NCBI GenBank assembly: GCA_022646745.1
Contig: CP060262.1
Location: 3,990,001-4,022,000 of the forward strand
DNA length: 32,000 nt
Source of the DNA: Planctomycetales bacterium
GTDB taxonomy: Bacteria > 4484-113 > JAFGCY01
Direction of reading: 5' to 3'
Shown: positions 1-7,865 of the stretch, one piece after another
Position numbering within the stretch: the stretch's first letter is position 1
Layout of the letters: each line of letters starts with the position of its first letter
The notes under the pieces: generated by a model
The model's input: only the letters and a program-made list of their open reading frames with translations
Told to the model about the DNA's origin: nothing
The model's database searches: none
Position numbers and translations under genes: made by a program

Positions 1-68
1 GCGGCGTTACCTCAATGCGGACGGCCCGACCCCGCAATGGCCCTGCCCCGAACACAGGTTGTAGGAGC

Positions 69-1010
69 TCAGTTGGCAAGCAGGCTGCCGGACTTGGCAG
101 CCGTATAGGCGAAGATCAGCCAGTCCGCGAACACATGCACGATGAAAGCCGGCCACAGGCTGCGCCGGCGCCATGTCCAGGCCCCAAGCAGCACGCCCCA
201 GCCGCCGGCGAGCACGAGGCCCATGATCCCCTGCGGGGTGCCGTACCAGTGGATCAGCCCGAACACGAGACCCTGCAGCAGCACCTGGTGGCGGGCCCGC
301 ATCAGGGTGCGCAGTGATCCGAGCAGCACGCCACGGAACCACAGTTCCTCCTGCAGCGCGTTGACAACGGCGAACAGCGCACCGGCAACCAGGAACTTCG
401 AACGTCCCATTTCGGCGGATATGCCGAATGGCGACCATTGGCCGTGGTTCTCACCGAAGTAGTACTGGTAGCCATACAGCCCGCCGAAGGTCAGCGCGAG
501 GAAGCCGACAGTGATCAGGATGTCAACCGGCAGGAAGCGGAACTTCAGGTTGAAGTGGAAGCGCACCCGGGTGATGCGGCGTGAATACAGCAACACCGCC
601 ACCACGCCGATCAGTTCAAGCGCGTAGTAGATGTAGTCCGGATGAACGGGAATGCCCGCCAGGTCCAGCAGGCTGGGAGTGCCCCATGCCTTGTTGCCAA
701 TAATCAGCGCATAGATTAGGCGCACAAGCCCGAAGTGCACCAGCATGAAGATCGCCAGCAGCTTCAGGTGCCCGGCCGGTTCGAGATCAGACAGTGCGGT
801 CGGGATGAACTGCCCGTCGCGCTGTGTCAGGTATTCACGACGGCTGTAGACCACCGCGGCAAGCAGGATCACCAGCATTGCCAAGTACTGCAGCGGGTGC
901 ATCCGCCAGAAGAATTCCTGCATGGCCGCCATGCAGGGCAGCATGGCAATCACCAGCCCGTAGAGGGGCGCAAGCCGTGCATCTGGGGAGCCGGGGACAG
1001 ACACAGTCAC
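69..1010 (-). CDS. CPBP-family (CAAX/Abi-type) intramembrane metalloprotease
   Basis: 313-aa polytopic membrane ORF. The three CPBP signature motifs occur in order: QEELWFRG (EExxxR), FGLIHW (FxxxH), VHVFADW (HxxxD/N). The ORF opens with GTG at 1010. A second in-frame GTG at 1004 lies 6 nt after a CATAAT hexamer (1016..1011, minus strand), so the exact start is uncertain. Confidence 0.8.
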   Translation of the reverse strand: MTVSVPGSPDARLAPLYGLVIAMLPCMAAMQEFFWRMHPLQYLAMLVILLAAVVYSRREYLTQRDGQFIPTALSDLEPAGHLKLLAIFMLVHFGLVRLIYALIIGNKAWGTPSLLDLAGIPVHPDYIYYALELIGVVAVLLYSRRITRVRFHFNLKFRFLPVDILITVGFLALTFGGLYGYQYYFGENHGQWSPFGISAEMGRSKFLVAGALFAVVNALQEELWFRGVLLGSLRTLMRARHQVLLQGLVFGLIHWYGTPQGIMGLVLAGGWGVLLGAWTWRRRSLWPAFIVHVFADWLIFAYTAAKSGSLLAN

Positions 1011-1050
1011 ATTATGTCAGATTACTGAGCAATGGCCTAAATCTCCCGTG

Positions 1051-1056
1051 TAAGAT
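1051..1056 (+). promoter_or_regulatory. -10-like hexamer TAAGAT, 6 nt upstream of the ATG at 1063 (leaderless-type arrangement, no SD)
   Basis: Sequence reads gtgTAAGATcagcccATG. There is no purine-rich SD between the hexamer and the start. Confidence 0.35.
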
Positions 1057-1062
1057 CAGCCC

Positions 1063-2262
1063 ATGCGCCGATTGCTGCAACTTGCCGCCTGCCTGATTGC
1101 CTCCATGTTCGCCTGCGCGAGCGCGCATGCCGCGGAACTGTATTACTACAGCGACTTCCTGCTGGAAATGCGCGGGCGGGATTGCCGCGATGAATCTGGC
1201 CTGCTCTGGCCTAATCTGCAAACATTGAAGCGTGCAGCGGACGGAGCACTCAAGCAGCAGCCGCTGTCTGTTGTCAGTGCTGACCGGCAGGCAGGAGATG
1301 TCGACGCGCATGATTACCTGAGCTACGCGCCCTACTACTGGCCGGACCCGAAGAAGGAGGACGGCTTGCCCTGGATCAATCGCGACGGTGAGCGCAACCC
1401 GACCAGCGAGGCAATGCCCAACCGGCGGGACTGGTCACGGCTGCAGGGCTGCCTGCGCGACCTCTGCCTGGCCTGGCATTTCACCGGCGACGAACGCTAT
1501 GCGAAACACGCCGCGCTGCTGGCACGCACATGGTTCCTTGATGAAACAACACGCATGAACCCCAACCTCGAGCATGCCCAGGGGGTACCGGGGCGCAGCG
1601 ATGGCAGCGGCTGGGGCATCATCGACTGGGCCCAGGTGCCGGCACTTTTGGACCACATCACGATGCTGGAAAGCTGGCAGGGCTGGACGGAGGCAGACCG
1701 CACTGGCATCCGGCAGTGGTTCAGTGAGTACCGCGACTGGCTGCTGAGAAGCAACAATGGCAAGGTTGCGGCCAACGCCAAAAACAACCATGCGACCTAC
1801 TATGACGGACAGATTGTCAGCATCTCGCTGTTCCTTGGCGACCGTGAAACTGCCCGGCAATTCTGCGAGGCCGCCGGTGACAAGCGGTTTGCGCACATGA
1901 TCGCGGCCGATGGCAGCCAGCCGCTGGAACTGCGCCGCACCAAGAGCTGGGACTACAGCATCTACAACCTGCAGGCGATGGTCAACCTGGCGCGGCTGGC
2001 GGAGGCCGTAGATGTGGACCTCTGGCATTACCGTGACGACGAAGGGGCCGGGATCCGCGAAGCGCTGATGTTCCTGCTGCCATATGCGCAGGGTGAGCAG
2101 GAATGGCAGTGGAAGCAGATCAAGGAGATCCACTACGGCGGATACATCAGCATGCTCAATGAGCTGGCCTATGTGGATGCAGATGAAAGCCTGCCCTACG
2201 AAATCGGCCTGATCCCGGAGACGATGGGTGATTCAGATGCCCGCCTGCTTTACCAGTGGTAA
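1063..2262 (+). CDS. secreted alginate-lyase-family (AlgL/PL5-like) polysaccharide lyase
   Basis: 399 aa. N-terminal signal peptide (LIASMFACASAHA/AE). The segments WPDPKKEDGLPWINRDGERNP and NNHATYY resemble the AlgL-type RDG..NP and NNHSYW motifs. This was recognised by eye, not searched. Confidence 0.65.
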   Translation: MRRLLQLAACLIASMFACASAHAAELYYYSDFLLEMRGRDCRDESGLLWPNLQTLKRAADGALKQQPLSVVSADRQAGDVDAHDYLSYAPYYWPDPKKEDGLPWINRDGERNPTSEAMPNRRDWSRLQGCLRDLCLAWHFTGDERYAKHAALLARTWFLDETTRMNPNLEHAQGVPGRSDGSGWGIIDWAQVPALLDHITMLESWQGWTEADRTGIRQWFSEYRDWLLRSNNGKVAANAKNNHATYYDGQIVSISLFLGDRETARQFCEAAGDKRFAHMIAADGSQPLELRRTKSWDYSIYNLQAMVNLARLAEAVDVDLWHYRDDEGAGIREALMFLLPYAQGEQEWQWKQIKEIHYGGYISMLNELAYVDADESLPYEIGLIPETMGDSDARLLYQW

Positions 2263-2279
2263 GCAGGCACGGTTCGGGC

Positions 2280-2285
2280 TAGAAT
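2280..2285 (+). promoter_or_regulatory. -10-like hexamer TAGAAT, 6 nt upstream of the ATG at 2292 (leaderless-type arrangement)
   Basis: Sequence reads gggcTAGAATctggacATG. No SD is present. Confidence 0.4.
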
Positions 2286-2291
2286 CTGGAC

Positions 2292-2774
2292 ATGGATAAG
2301 GTCATCAGGCTGCTGCCCTCGCGGGATGCACTGGGCATCCTCTACAACGGCGAATGGGAACACCGCTCTCCGGAGTACATCCTGCGCGGACTGACGGCGG
2401 AACAGGCGCACGCACGCATCCCGATGCTGCCGCATACGATCTCGGACCTGTTGTCACACATGCAGTACTGGCAGGACCGCCGGCTGGAGCTAAGCCGCGG
2501 AGAGGTGAGCCTTCCGGAGGACTTCCAGTTCGGCATTACGGACTTCCCGGATGTTGATCCAGCAGGCTGGGAAGAGCAGGTATCGCATTTCCTGGCAACA
2601 CTTGCAGAACTGCAGGAACTGGGTGGCAACGAGGCGGCACTGGAGGCGATAGTGTTTGACGACCGCGACATCGGAATGGTGATTGCCAGCCACGCCCTGC
2701 ACAACAGCTACCACCTGGGCCAGATTGTCACGATGCGGCAGCTGCTGGGTGTGTGGCCGCCGGTGGAAGGCTGA
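2292..2774 (+). CDS. DinB-superfamily (DinB_2/YfiT-like) protein
   Basis: 160 aa with a helical-bundle-type sequence. His-containing segments LSHMQYWQDRR and HALHNSYHLGQIV are typical of DinB-family metal-binding helices. Confidence 0.65.
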   Translation: MDKVIRLLPSRDALGILYNGEWEHRSPEYILRGLTAEQAHARIPMLPHTISDLLSHMQYWQDRRLELSRGEVSLPEDFQFGITDFPDVDPAGWEEQVSHFLATLAELQELGGNEAALEAIVFDDRDIGMVIASHALHNSYHLGQIVTMRQLLGVWPPVEG

Positions 2775-2783
2775 AATCCTTCC
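2765..2783. terminator. inverted repeat GGAAGG-N7-CCTTCC at the convergent DinB/ftsK junction
   Basis: 6-bp perfect stem whose loop contains the DinB stop codon. Only 15 nt separate the two convergent stop codons. There is no U-tract on either side. Confidence 0.3.
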
Positions 2784-2789
2784 GCAAGC

Positions 2790-5516
2790 CTAGGGAATCA
2801 CTGACCTGTTGCCCGCATGGTCCGGCGGGGTGACAACCTCGGCGAATTCCAGCTCCTCCATCAGGCGTGCCGCTCGGTTGTAGCCGATCTTCAGCTTGCG
2901 CTGCAGGAAGCTCGTGGAGGCGCGGCCGGTGGAGCGCACGATCTGCTCCGCCTCGCCCAGCAGCGGGTCGTCATCCGGGCCGCCACCGGCACCGACAGTC
3001 GAACCCGCGCCATCCTCCTCGTCGTCGCCGAACTGCGTGATGCCCTCGTCATAGCGTGGCGGAGCCTGCTCACGGCACCAGGCCGTCACGCGGTTGATCT
3101 CATCATCAGTCAGGAAGCAGCCCTGCACACGCAGCGGCACGTTCTCACCGATCGGGGAGAACAGCATGTCGCCACTGCCAAGCAGCTTCTCCGCGCCACC
3201 GCCGTCGAGGATCGTGCGGCTGTCAACGTTGCTGACAACGGCAAAGGCGATGCGGCTCGGTACGTTGGCCTTGATCAGGCCGGTGATCACCTTCACGTCC
3301 GGGCGCTGGGTGGCGATCACCATGTGGATGCCGACGGCGCGGCTGAGCTGCGTGATGCGGCAGATCAGCGCTTCGATGGTCTTGCCGGCCAGCATCATCA
3401 GGTCCGCCAGCTCGTCGATCACGACCACCAGGAATGGCAGTCGCTTGTGGCGCTCCACCTGGTCGTTGAATGTGGCGATGTTGCGCGCCTTGTGCGCCTG
3501 CAGCAGGCGGTAGCGGCGGTCCATCTCGGCCACGACCCACTTCAGCGCACTCTGGGCCTGGTTGACCTCACAGACCACCGGACAGGCCAGCTGCGGCACG
3601 TCCTCGTAGCTCGTCATTTCGACGCGCTTGGGATCGATCAGGATCAGGCGCAGGGTCTCCGGCGTGTTGCGCATCAACAGGCTGACAATCAGTGTGTTGA
3701 GGCAGACGGACTTGCCCGAGCCGGTGGCACCTGCCACCAGCAGGTGCGGTGTCTTGGCCAGGTTGGCGATGATCGGGTTGCCGGCGATGTCGCGGCCGAC
3801 GCCCACCGTCAGCGGGTGGTTGTTGTTGCGGAAGATGCTGCTGGTGAGGATGTCCTTCAGCGTGACGAGGTCCGGGCTGGCGTTGGGCACCTCGATGCCG
3901 ACGGCGCTCATGCCCGGGATCGGGGCCTCGATGCGCACGGCCTTGACCGCCAGCTCGAGCGCCAGGTTGTCTGCGAGGTTGCTGATCTTGTTGACGTTGA
4001 TGCCGGGGCCGATCTTGATCTCGAAACGGGTCACACGCGGACCGACCACCCAGTTGCTGCAGCGGGCGTCAATGTTGAAGCTGGCCAGCGTGCGCTCGAT
4101 GATCTTGGCACGCGGTGCGAGGTGCTGCTCCTCGCTGCCGCTCACAAGCGAATCCTTCAGCAGCTCGACGCCGGGCAGGACGAAGTCACTGTGGCTGTGC
4201 GGGAACAGGCTCTGCTGCTCCTCGGTATGCCCGCCGTGGTCCTCCACCAGCTCGCGCAGCTTCTGGTTGGATTCGTCCACTGCCGGGATTGTCTCTTCAA
4301 GTGCTGTGTCAACAGCTTCCAGGGCGGCCTCAGCCGCTGCCACCACGGCCGGCACCTCAGTTTCCTGCGCGACTGCGGCTTCCGTTGTCTGATGCTTGCT
4401 TACTTCAGATGATTCCGGCCTGGCCAGCACATCCGGATCCTGTGTTTTCTCCGCTGCCTTGTCAGTACCGGCTGAGTTGACGACATCCATGAAGTCATCC
4501 TGGCCGCGGACCGTCTCCGCCGCCATTCCTGCCTCCGCCATTCCAAGGCTTGGCAGGCCGGTGACGCTCAGGTCAACCGGCTGGACCGGTTCATCTGCCG
4601 TTTCAACTGACGAGGCGGCGGCCACAGTGCCTTCAGGCACGCTGGTGGCAGGTAACTCCGTTTCAGCCTTGGCGGCTACCTGCTTTTCATCCTTGGCTGG
4701 GACAGTACTGTCGCGGATGATCGGGCTGTCATCCTCCGGTGCATCCGCCGCTTCAAGTTCTGCATTGATCAGGTCCTGCTCGGCCTTGCTGCGCCGTTCC
4801 CGCTGCCGCTCGGCACGTTCCTTCGCGCGGACCTCGCGCTCCTCGCGCAGGATCGCCGCCTCTTCGCTGATCTGGGCCTTGAACTGACCGGCCGCCTCAA
4901 CTGCGCGTGCCCCGGCATGCACTCCACCCTTCGCGATGCTAACGAAGGGCCGCCAGCCCACGATGCGTACGACCACCAGCAGGCTGATCACGCCGACGAG
5001 CACTGCGTAGTAGTTGCCCATGTAGCTGCGCCCGAGCGTGGCCGCGCTGTCACCCAGCAGCCCGCCCCAGTCATGCATCGTGAAGCAGCCGCCGATCAAT
5101 GCGCCGAGGATTGTCAGCGCCCAGCTCCACAGCCAGGCTCCGAGGAAACGTGGCCGCCACTTGTTTTCAAAGAACAGGAAGGGCACGCAAGCCATCACCA
5201 GCGGGATCACATACATCCCGATCCCGATTGAAGTATGCAGCGCTTTGTTGACGAAGGGGCCGGCCGGGTCGGAGAAGCTCGGGTAATAGACAGCGAAACC
5301 CATGAACACAGCCAGCGCGGCCGAAGTGAGGATCAGCAGGTCGCGGCCGAAGCTGTGCCCATGCTGCTGCGGGGAACCGGCCTTGCTGCGGCTGCTGGCC
5401 GCTGTGCTCTTGCGGGCAGTGGTCTTCTTCGCCGCCGGTTTGCGCGTTGAGCTGGCGGACTTGCGTGTGCTGCTTCCGCTGCGGCTCGAACTGCTCTTCG
5501 GTTTGCTTACCGGCAT
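2790..5516 (-). CDS. ftsK: DNA translocase FtsK/SpoIIIE
   Basis: N-terminal multi-TM domain and a long Ala/Glu-rich linker. Motor domain with Walker A GATGSGKS and Walker B VVVIDELADLM. C-terminal winged-helix gamma domain (STSFLQRKLKIGYNRAARLMEELE). The ATG at 5516 is preferred as start. The upstream TTG at 5534 lies inside a TGcTACAAT promoter element. Confidence 0.9.
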   Translation of the reverse strand: MPVSKPKSSSSRSGSSTRKSASSTRKPAAKKTTARKSTAASSRSKAGSPQQHGHSFGRDLLILTSAALAVFMGFAVYYPSFSDPAGPFVNKALHTSIGIGMYVIPLVMACVPFLFFENKWRPRFLGAWLWSWALTILGALIGGCFTMHDWGGLLGDSAATLGRSYMGNYYAVLVGVISLLVVVRIVGWRPFVSIAKGGVHAGARAVEAAGQFKAQISEEAAILREEREVRAKERAERQRERRSKAEQDLINAELEAADAPEDDSPIIRDSTVPAKDEKQVAAKAETELPATSVPEGTVAAASSVETADEPVQPVDLSVTGLPSLGMAEAGMAAETVRGQDDFMDVVNSAGTDKAAEKTQDPDVLARPESSEVSKHQTTEAAVAQETEVPAVVAAAEAALEAVDTALEETIPAVDESNQKLRELVEDHGGHTEEQQSLFPHSHSDFVLPGVELLKDSLVSGSEEQHLAPRAKIIERTLASFNIDARCSNWVVGPRVTRFEIKIGPGINVNKISNLADNLALELAVKAVRIEAPIPGMSAVGIEVPNASPDLVTLKDILTSSIFRNNNHPLTVGVGRDIAGNPIIANLAKTPHLLVAGATGSGKSVCLNTLIVSLLMRNTPETLRLILIDPKRVEMTSYEDVPQLACPVVCEVNQAQSALKWVVAEMDRRYRLLQAHKARNIATFNDQVERHKRLPFLVVVIDELADLMMLAGKTIEALICRITQLSRAVGIHMVIATQRPDVKVITGLIKANVPSRIAFAVVSNVDSRTILDGGGAEKLLGSGDMLFSPIGENVPLRVQGCFLTDDEINRVTAWCREQAPPRYDEGITQFGDDEEDGAGSTVGAGGGPDDDPLLGEAEQIVRSTGRASTSFLQRKLKIGYNRAARLMEELEFAEVVTPPDHAGNRSVIP

Positions 5517-5524
5517 ATCAATGG

Positions 5525-5533
5525 ATTGTAGCA
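5525..5533 (-). promoter_or_regulatory. extended -10 element TGcTACAAT, 8 nt upstream of the ftsK ATG
   Basis: Minus strand reads tTGCTACAATccattgatATG. No SD is present, implying a leaderless or 1-2 nt leader transcript. Confidence 0.4.
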
Positions 5534-5643
5534 AACAGGTGTATAGGGTGCTACAGCCCTGTGGATGGATTTTGGATAACCCTAATGAGAATAATGCACG
5601 ACTGCGCTGAATAAGTTAAAAATACTGTGTAGCGGAGGAAGGA

Positions 5644-5844
5644 ATGGCACTGCAGATGAAGACCCGCTGTAAGCACTGCGAAGCGGAGCTGCTGCCCGCT
5701 GGCCGGGCGTATATCTGTTCCTACGAATGCAGCTACTGCGAGAACTGCGCTGAGCACCTGATGTACATCTGCCCCGAATGTGAGGGCGAAATTGTACGCC
5801 GGCCAAAGCGCAGCGCCGGGCAGGAGATGGCCGGCAATCGCTAG
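5644..5844 (+). CDS. DUF1272-family Cys-rich (zinc-ribbon-like) protein
   Basis: 66 aa. The CxxC-rich pattern CKHCEAEL...ICSYECSYCENCAE...ICPECEGEIVRRP matches the characteristic DUF1272 layout. A strong SD (GGAGGAAGG) lies just upstream. Confidence 0.7.
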   Translation: MALQMKTRCKHCEAELLPAGRAYICSYECSYCENCAEHLMYICPECEGEIVRRPKRSAGQEMAGNR

Positions 5845-5858
5845 GGAGATGAGCCGTC

Positions 5859-6092
5859 ATGCTGAAACTGGGGAGACTGATGCTGCTGCTGGCCCTGGCC
5901 GTGATGCTGGCCGGGATCGGGGCCTGTTCGGGCTATGTCGCCGTCGGTGTGAGAGACAGTGACTATTGGTGCGACTGCCCGGAATACTCTTACCGGCATA
6001 AGCACGATCCCTCGTGGTACTGGGATGACTACGACGGCGACGGCGTGATCAACGGCCGCGATGACTACCCCTATGACTCCTGGTGGTGGTGA
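5859..6092 (+). CDS. small lipoprotein, Trp/Tyr/Asp-rich, with one thrombospondin-type-3-like Ca-binding motif
   Basis: 77 aa. Signal peptide with lipobox (LAGIGA-C). The mature ~53 aa contains DYDGDGVINGRDDYPYD (DxDGDGxxxxxDxxPxD) and ends in WWW. SD GGGAGA upstream; the gene starts 14 nt after the DUF1272 stop. High GC3 agrees with coding. Confidence 0.6.
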   Translation: MLKLGRLMLLLALAVMLAGIGACSGYVAVGVRDSDYWCDCPEYSYRHKHDPSWYWDDYDGDGVINGRDDYPYDSWWW

Positions 6093-6120
6093 TTTCCGCT
6101 CCACTGTGCAAGCTGGAAAT
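6092..6120 (+). terminator. stem-loop ATTTCCGCT...AGC(T)GGAAAT after the small lipoprotein gene
   Basis: About 9 bp of stem with one bulge and a 10-nt loop, starting within the stop codon. No clear U-tract follows. Confidence 0.3.
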
Positions 6121-6135
6121 CGTGGAAACTGTTGC

Positions 6136-6163
6136 TTTACAACTGGCTGCTGCACGTCATAAT
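6136..6163 (+). promoter_or_regulatory. sigma70-like promoter TTTACA-N16-CATAAT
   Basis: Near-consensus hexamers in the 179-nt intergenic region upstream of the 6272 lipoprotein gene. Confidence 0.4.
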
Positions 6164-6271
6164 TAATCAGGGTTGAACCCCGATCGAACTCAAATTTGCA
6201 TTGCCCTCAAGGGTCCCTGATGCGGGATGCGGACAGCCGCGCAACGGACCACCCACCGGCTGGAGTAATGT

Positions 6272-7864
6272 ATGAAGTCAACGCGTTTCCTTGCTGCCCT
6301 GCTCAGCCTGCTGGCTGGCGGCTGCCTGCTGTATTCCTGCTCGGGATCCCAGCAGGCAGTGGATCCCGTGCAGCAGCCGGAGCTTGTGTCCCAGCTGCCC
6401 GGCAGCGGTCTGCCGCCCTTCCCCACCGATCGTGAAACGGCCGTGATCGTTGACAACCAGCTCAACGGCAGCCAGTTCTTCGAGAAGTCGGATGGTGCGC
6501 TGGCCAGCCTCAACGCATTGTCCTTCAATGTCGGCGCCCAGCAGAGCGAGTACGCGATCTACCAGTTCCCGGCAGGCAGCGAGCCGCTGGTCAAGCTGGT
6601 GATGGACGTCAGCCTCGTGGGCGGCAGAGCCCCCTGGGTCGGCCTGGCTGACTTCAGCACCGGGCGCTGGCAGTTCGGCAGCCCGCTGGCAACAGGATTC
6701 GAGGAATTCGACCTGAGCGGCAACAGCGGATACAAGTCCCCCGGCAACAACTTCTACTTCGCCGTGGTGGGCTGGGATGTGAGCGAGTTCGTGATCAACG
6801 GGGCGAATGTGCAGACCGACCGTGATATCACCTACTCGATCAGCGGCCTCGTCTATGACCCGCTGGACACACTCAACGTGCAGGATGTGGCAATCACGCT
6901 GACCCCGGGCGGAACACAGGTCCTCACCGACGTGAATGGCAACTTCAGCTTCAGTGGACTGGATCCCGGCAATTACACAGTGATGCCTGAGCTGGCCGGA
7001 TACAGCTTCACTCCGAATGAACAGGCCGTGGAGATCACTGCCAGTGACGTGACCGGAGTGGAATTCATGATCCAGGACCTCGGACTGCCGAGCCACAGCG
7101 TGAGTGGCAATGTGCAATACGACATGGGTGGCGGACTCGAGGGTGTCACGATGAGCCTCAGCCCCGGCGGGTTGAGCATCCAGACCGATGTCAACGGCGA
7201 CTTCAGCATCGGTGGCGTCGTCAGCGGCAGCTATACGCTGACTCCCTCCCTGGCTGGCTACAGCTTCGCCCCGACGAGCATCAACCTTGACGTGACTGAT
7301 GCCGACAGCACCGGCAACAACTTCGTCGCCAGCGACATCCCGGTGCAGACCTACAGCATCAGCGGCGCGGTCAGTGTCGGTTCGGCCTTCCTGCAGAACG
7401 TGCTTGTCACTGTGAATCCCGGCGGCCACAGCACCGTGACCGATGCCAACGGCGCCTACACCATCAGCGACCTTGCACCGGACAGCTATACCGTCACGGC
7501 CAGCAAGACCGGCTGGCTGTTTGACCCGCCGTCCCACAGTGTCGAGATCATCAGCAGCAATGTCACCGGCATCAACTTCATCGCCACACCTGACAACAAC
7601 GGCACATTCAGTGTCGGAGGAATTGTCAGCGGACCTCCGGGAGGCCTGAGCGGCGCGGTGATTACACTCACCCCGCAGAGCGGCCCTCCGATCCAGGGCG
7701 TGACCGGCAGCGGTGGCGGGTACACGATCATCAACGTGCCAAGCGGCATCTACACGGCAACGGCTTCCAAGAGCGGCTGGTCAATCACACCCTTCTCGCA
7801 GGAAGTTGTGGTGGTGGACCAGAATGTGACCGGGGTCAACTGGTTCGCCAGCCCGCCCCTGTAG
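6272..7864 (+). CDS. lipoprotein with an N-terminal ~155-aa domain and four tandem carboxypeptidase-regulatory-like (CarboxypepD_reg/Big-like) repeats
   Basis: 530 aa. Lipobox (LLYS-C) and SD GGAG 6 nt upstream. Four ~86-aa repeats share the pattern [ST]ISG.V......L..V.[IV]TL.PGG....TD.NG.[FY][ST][FI].[GD]L..G.YT[VL].P...GY.F.P. Confidence 0.8.
   Translation: MKSTRFLAALLSLLAGGCLLYSCSGSQQAVDPVQQPELVSQLPGSGLPPFPTDRETAVIVDNQLNGSQFFEKSDGALASLNALSFNVGAQQSEYAIYQFPAGSEPLVKLVMDVSLVGGRAPWVGLADFSTGRWQFGSPLATGFEEFDLSGNSGYKSPGNNFYFAVVGWDVSEFVINGANVQTDRDITYSISGLVYDPLDTLNVQDVAITLTPGGTQVLTDVNGNFSFSGLDPGNYTVMPELAGYSFTPNEQAVEITASDVTGVEFMIQDLGLPSHSVSGNVQYDMGGGLEGVTMSLSPGGLSIQTDVNGDFSIGGVVSGSYTLTPSLAGYSFAPTSINLDVTDADSTGNNFVASDIPVQTYSISGAVSVGSAFLQNVLVTVNPGGHSTVTDANGAYTISDLAPDSYTVTASKTGWLFDPPSHSVEIISSNVTGINFIATPDNNGTFSVGGIVSGPPGGLSGAVITLTPQSGPPIQGVTGSGGGYTIINVPSGIYTATASKSGWSITPFSQEVVVVDQNVTGVNWFASPPL
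6830..7861 (+). repeat. four tandem ~255-260-nt coding repeats (protein residues 187-273, 274-359, 360-444, 445-530)
   Basis: Periodicity was read directly from the translated ORF. The repeats are diverged at nucleotide level. Confidence 0.7.
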
Positions 7865-7865
7865 G

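Noticed and set aside
2817-4412. 531-aa ORF on the plus strand, antisense to ftsK. There are similar long antisense ORFs at 6278-7537, 8013-9263, 13254-14114, 17110-18225, 18645-19694, 21010-22374, 22710-23885 and 23901-25901.
   Set aside because: Each lies opposite a gene with strong motif support. Their translations are Ala/Arg/Gly/Val/His-rich and low in complexity, with no recognisable motifs. Long open antisense frames are expected in GC3-rich coding DNA.
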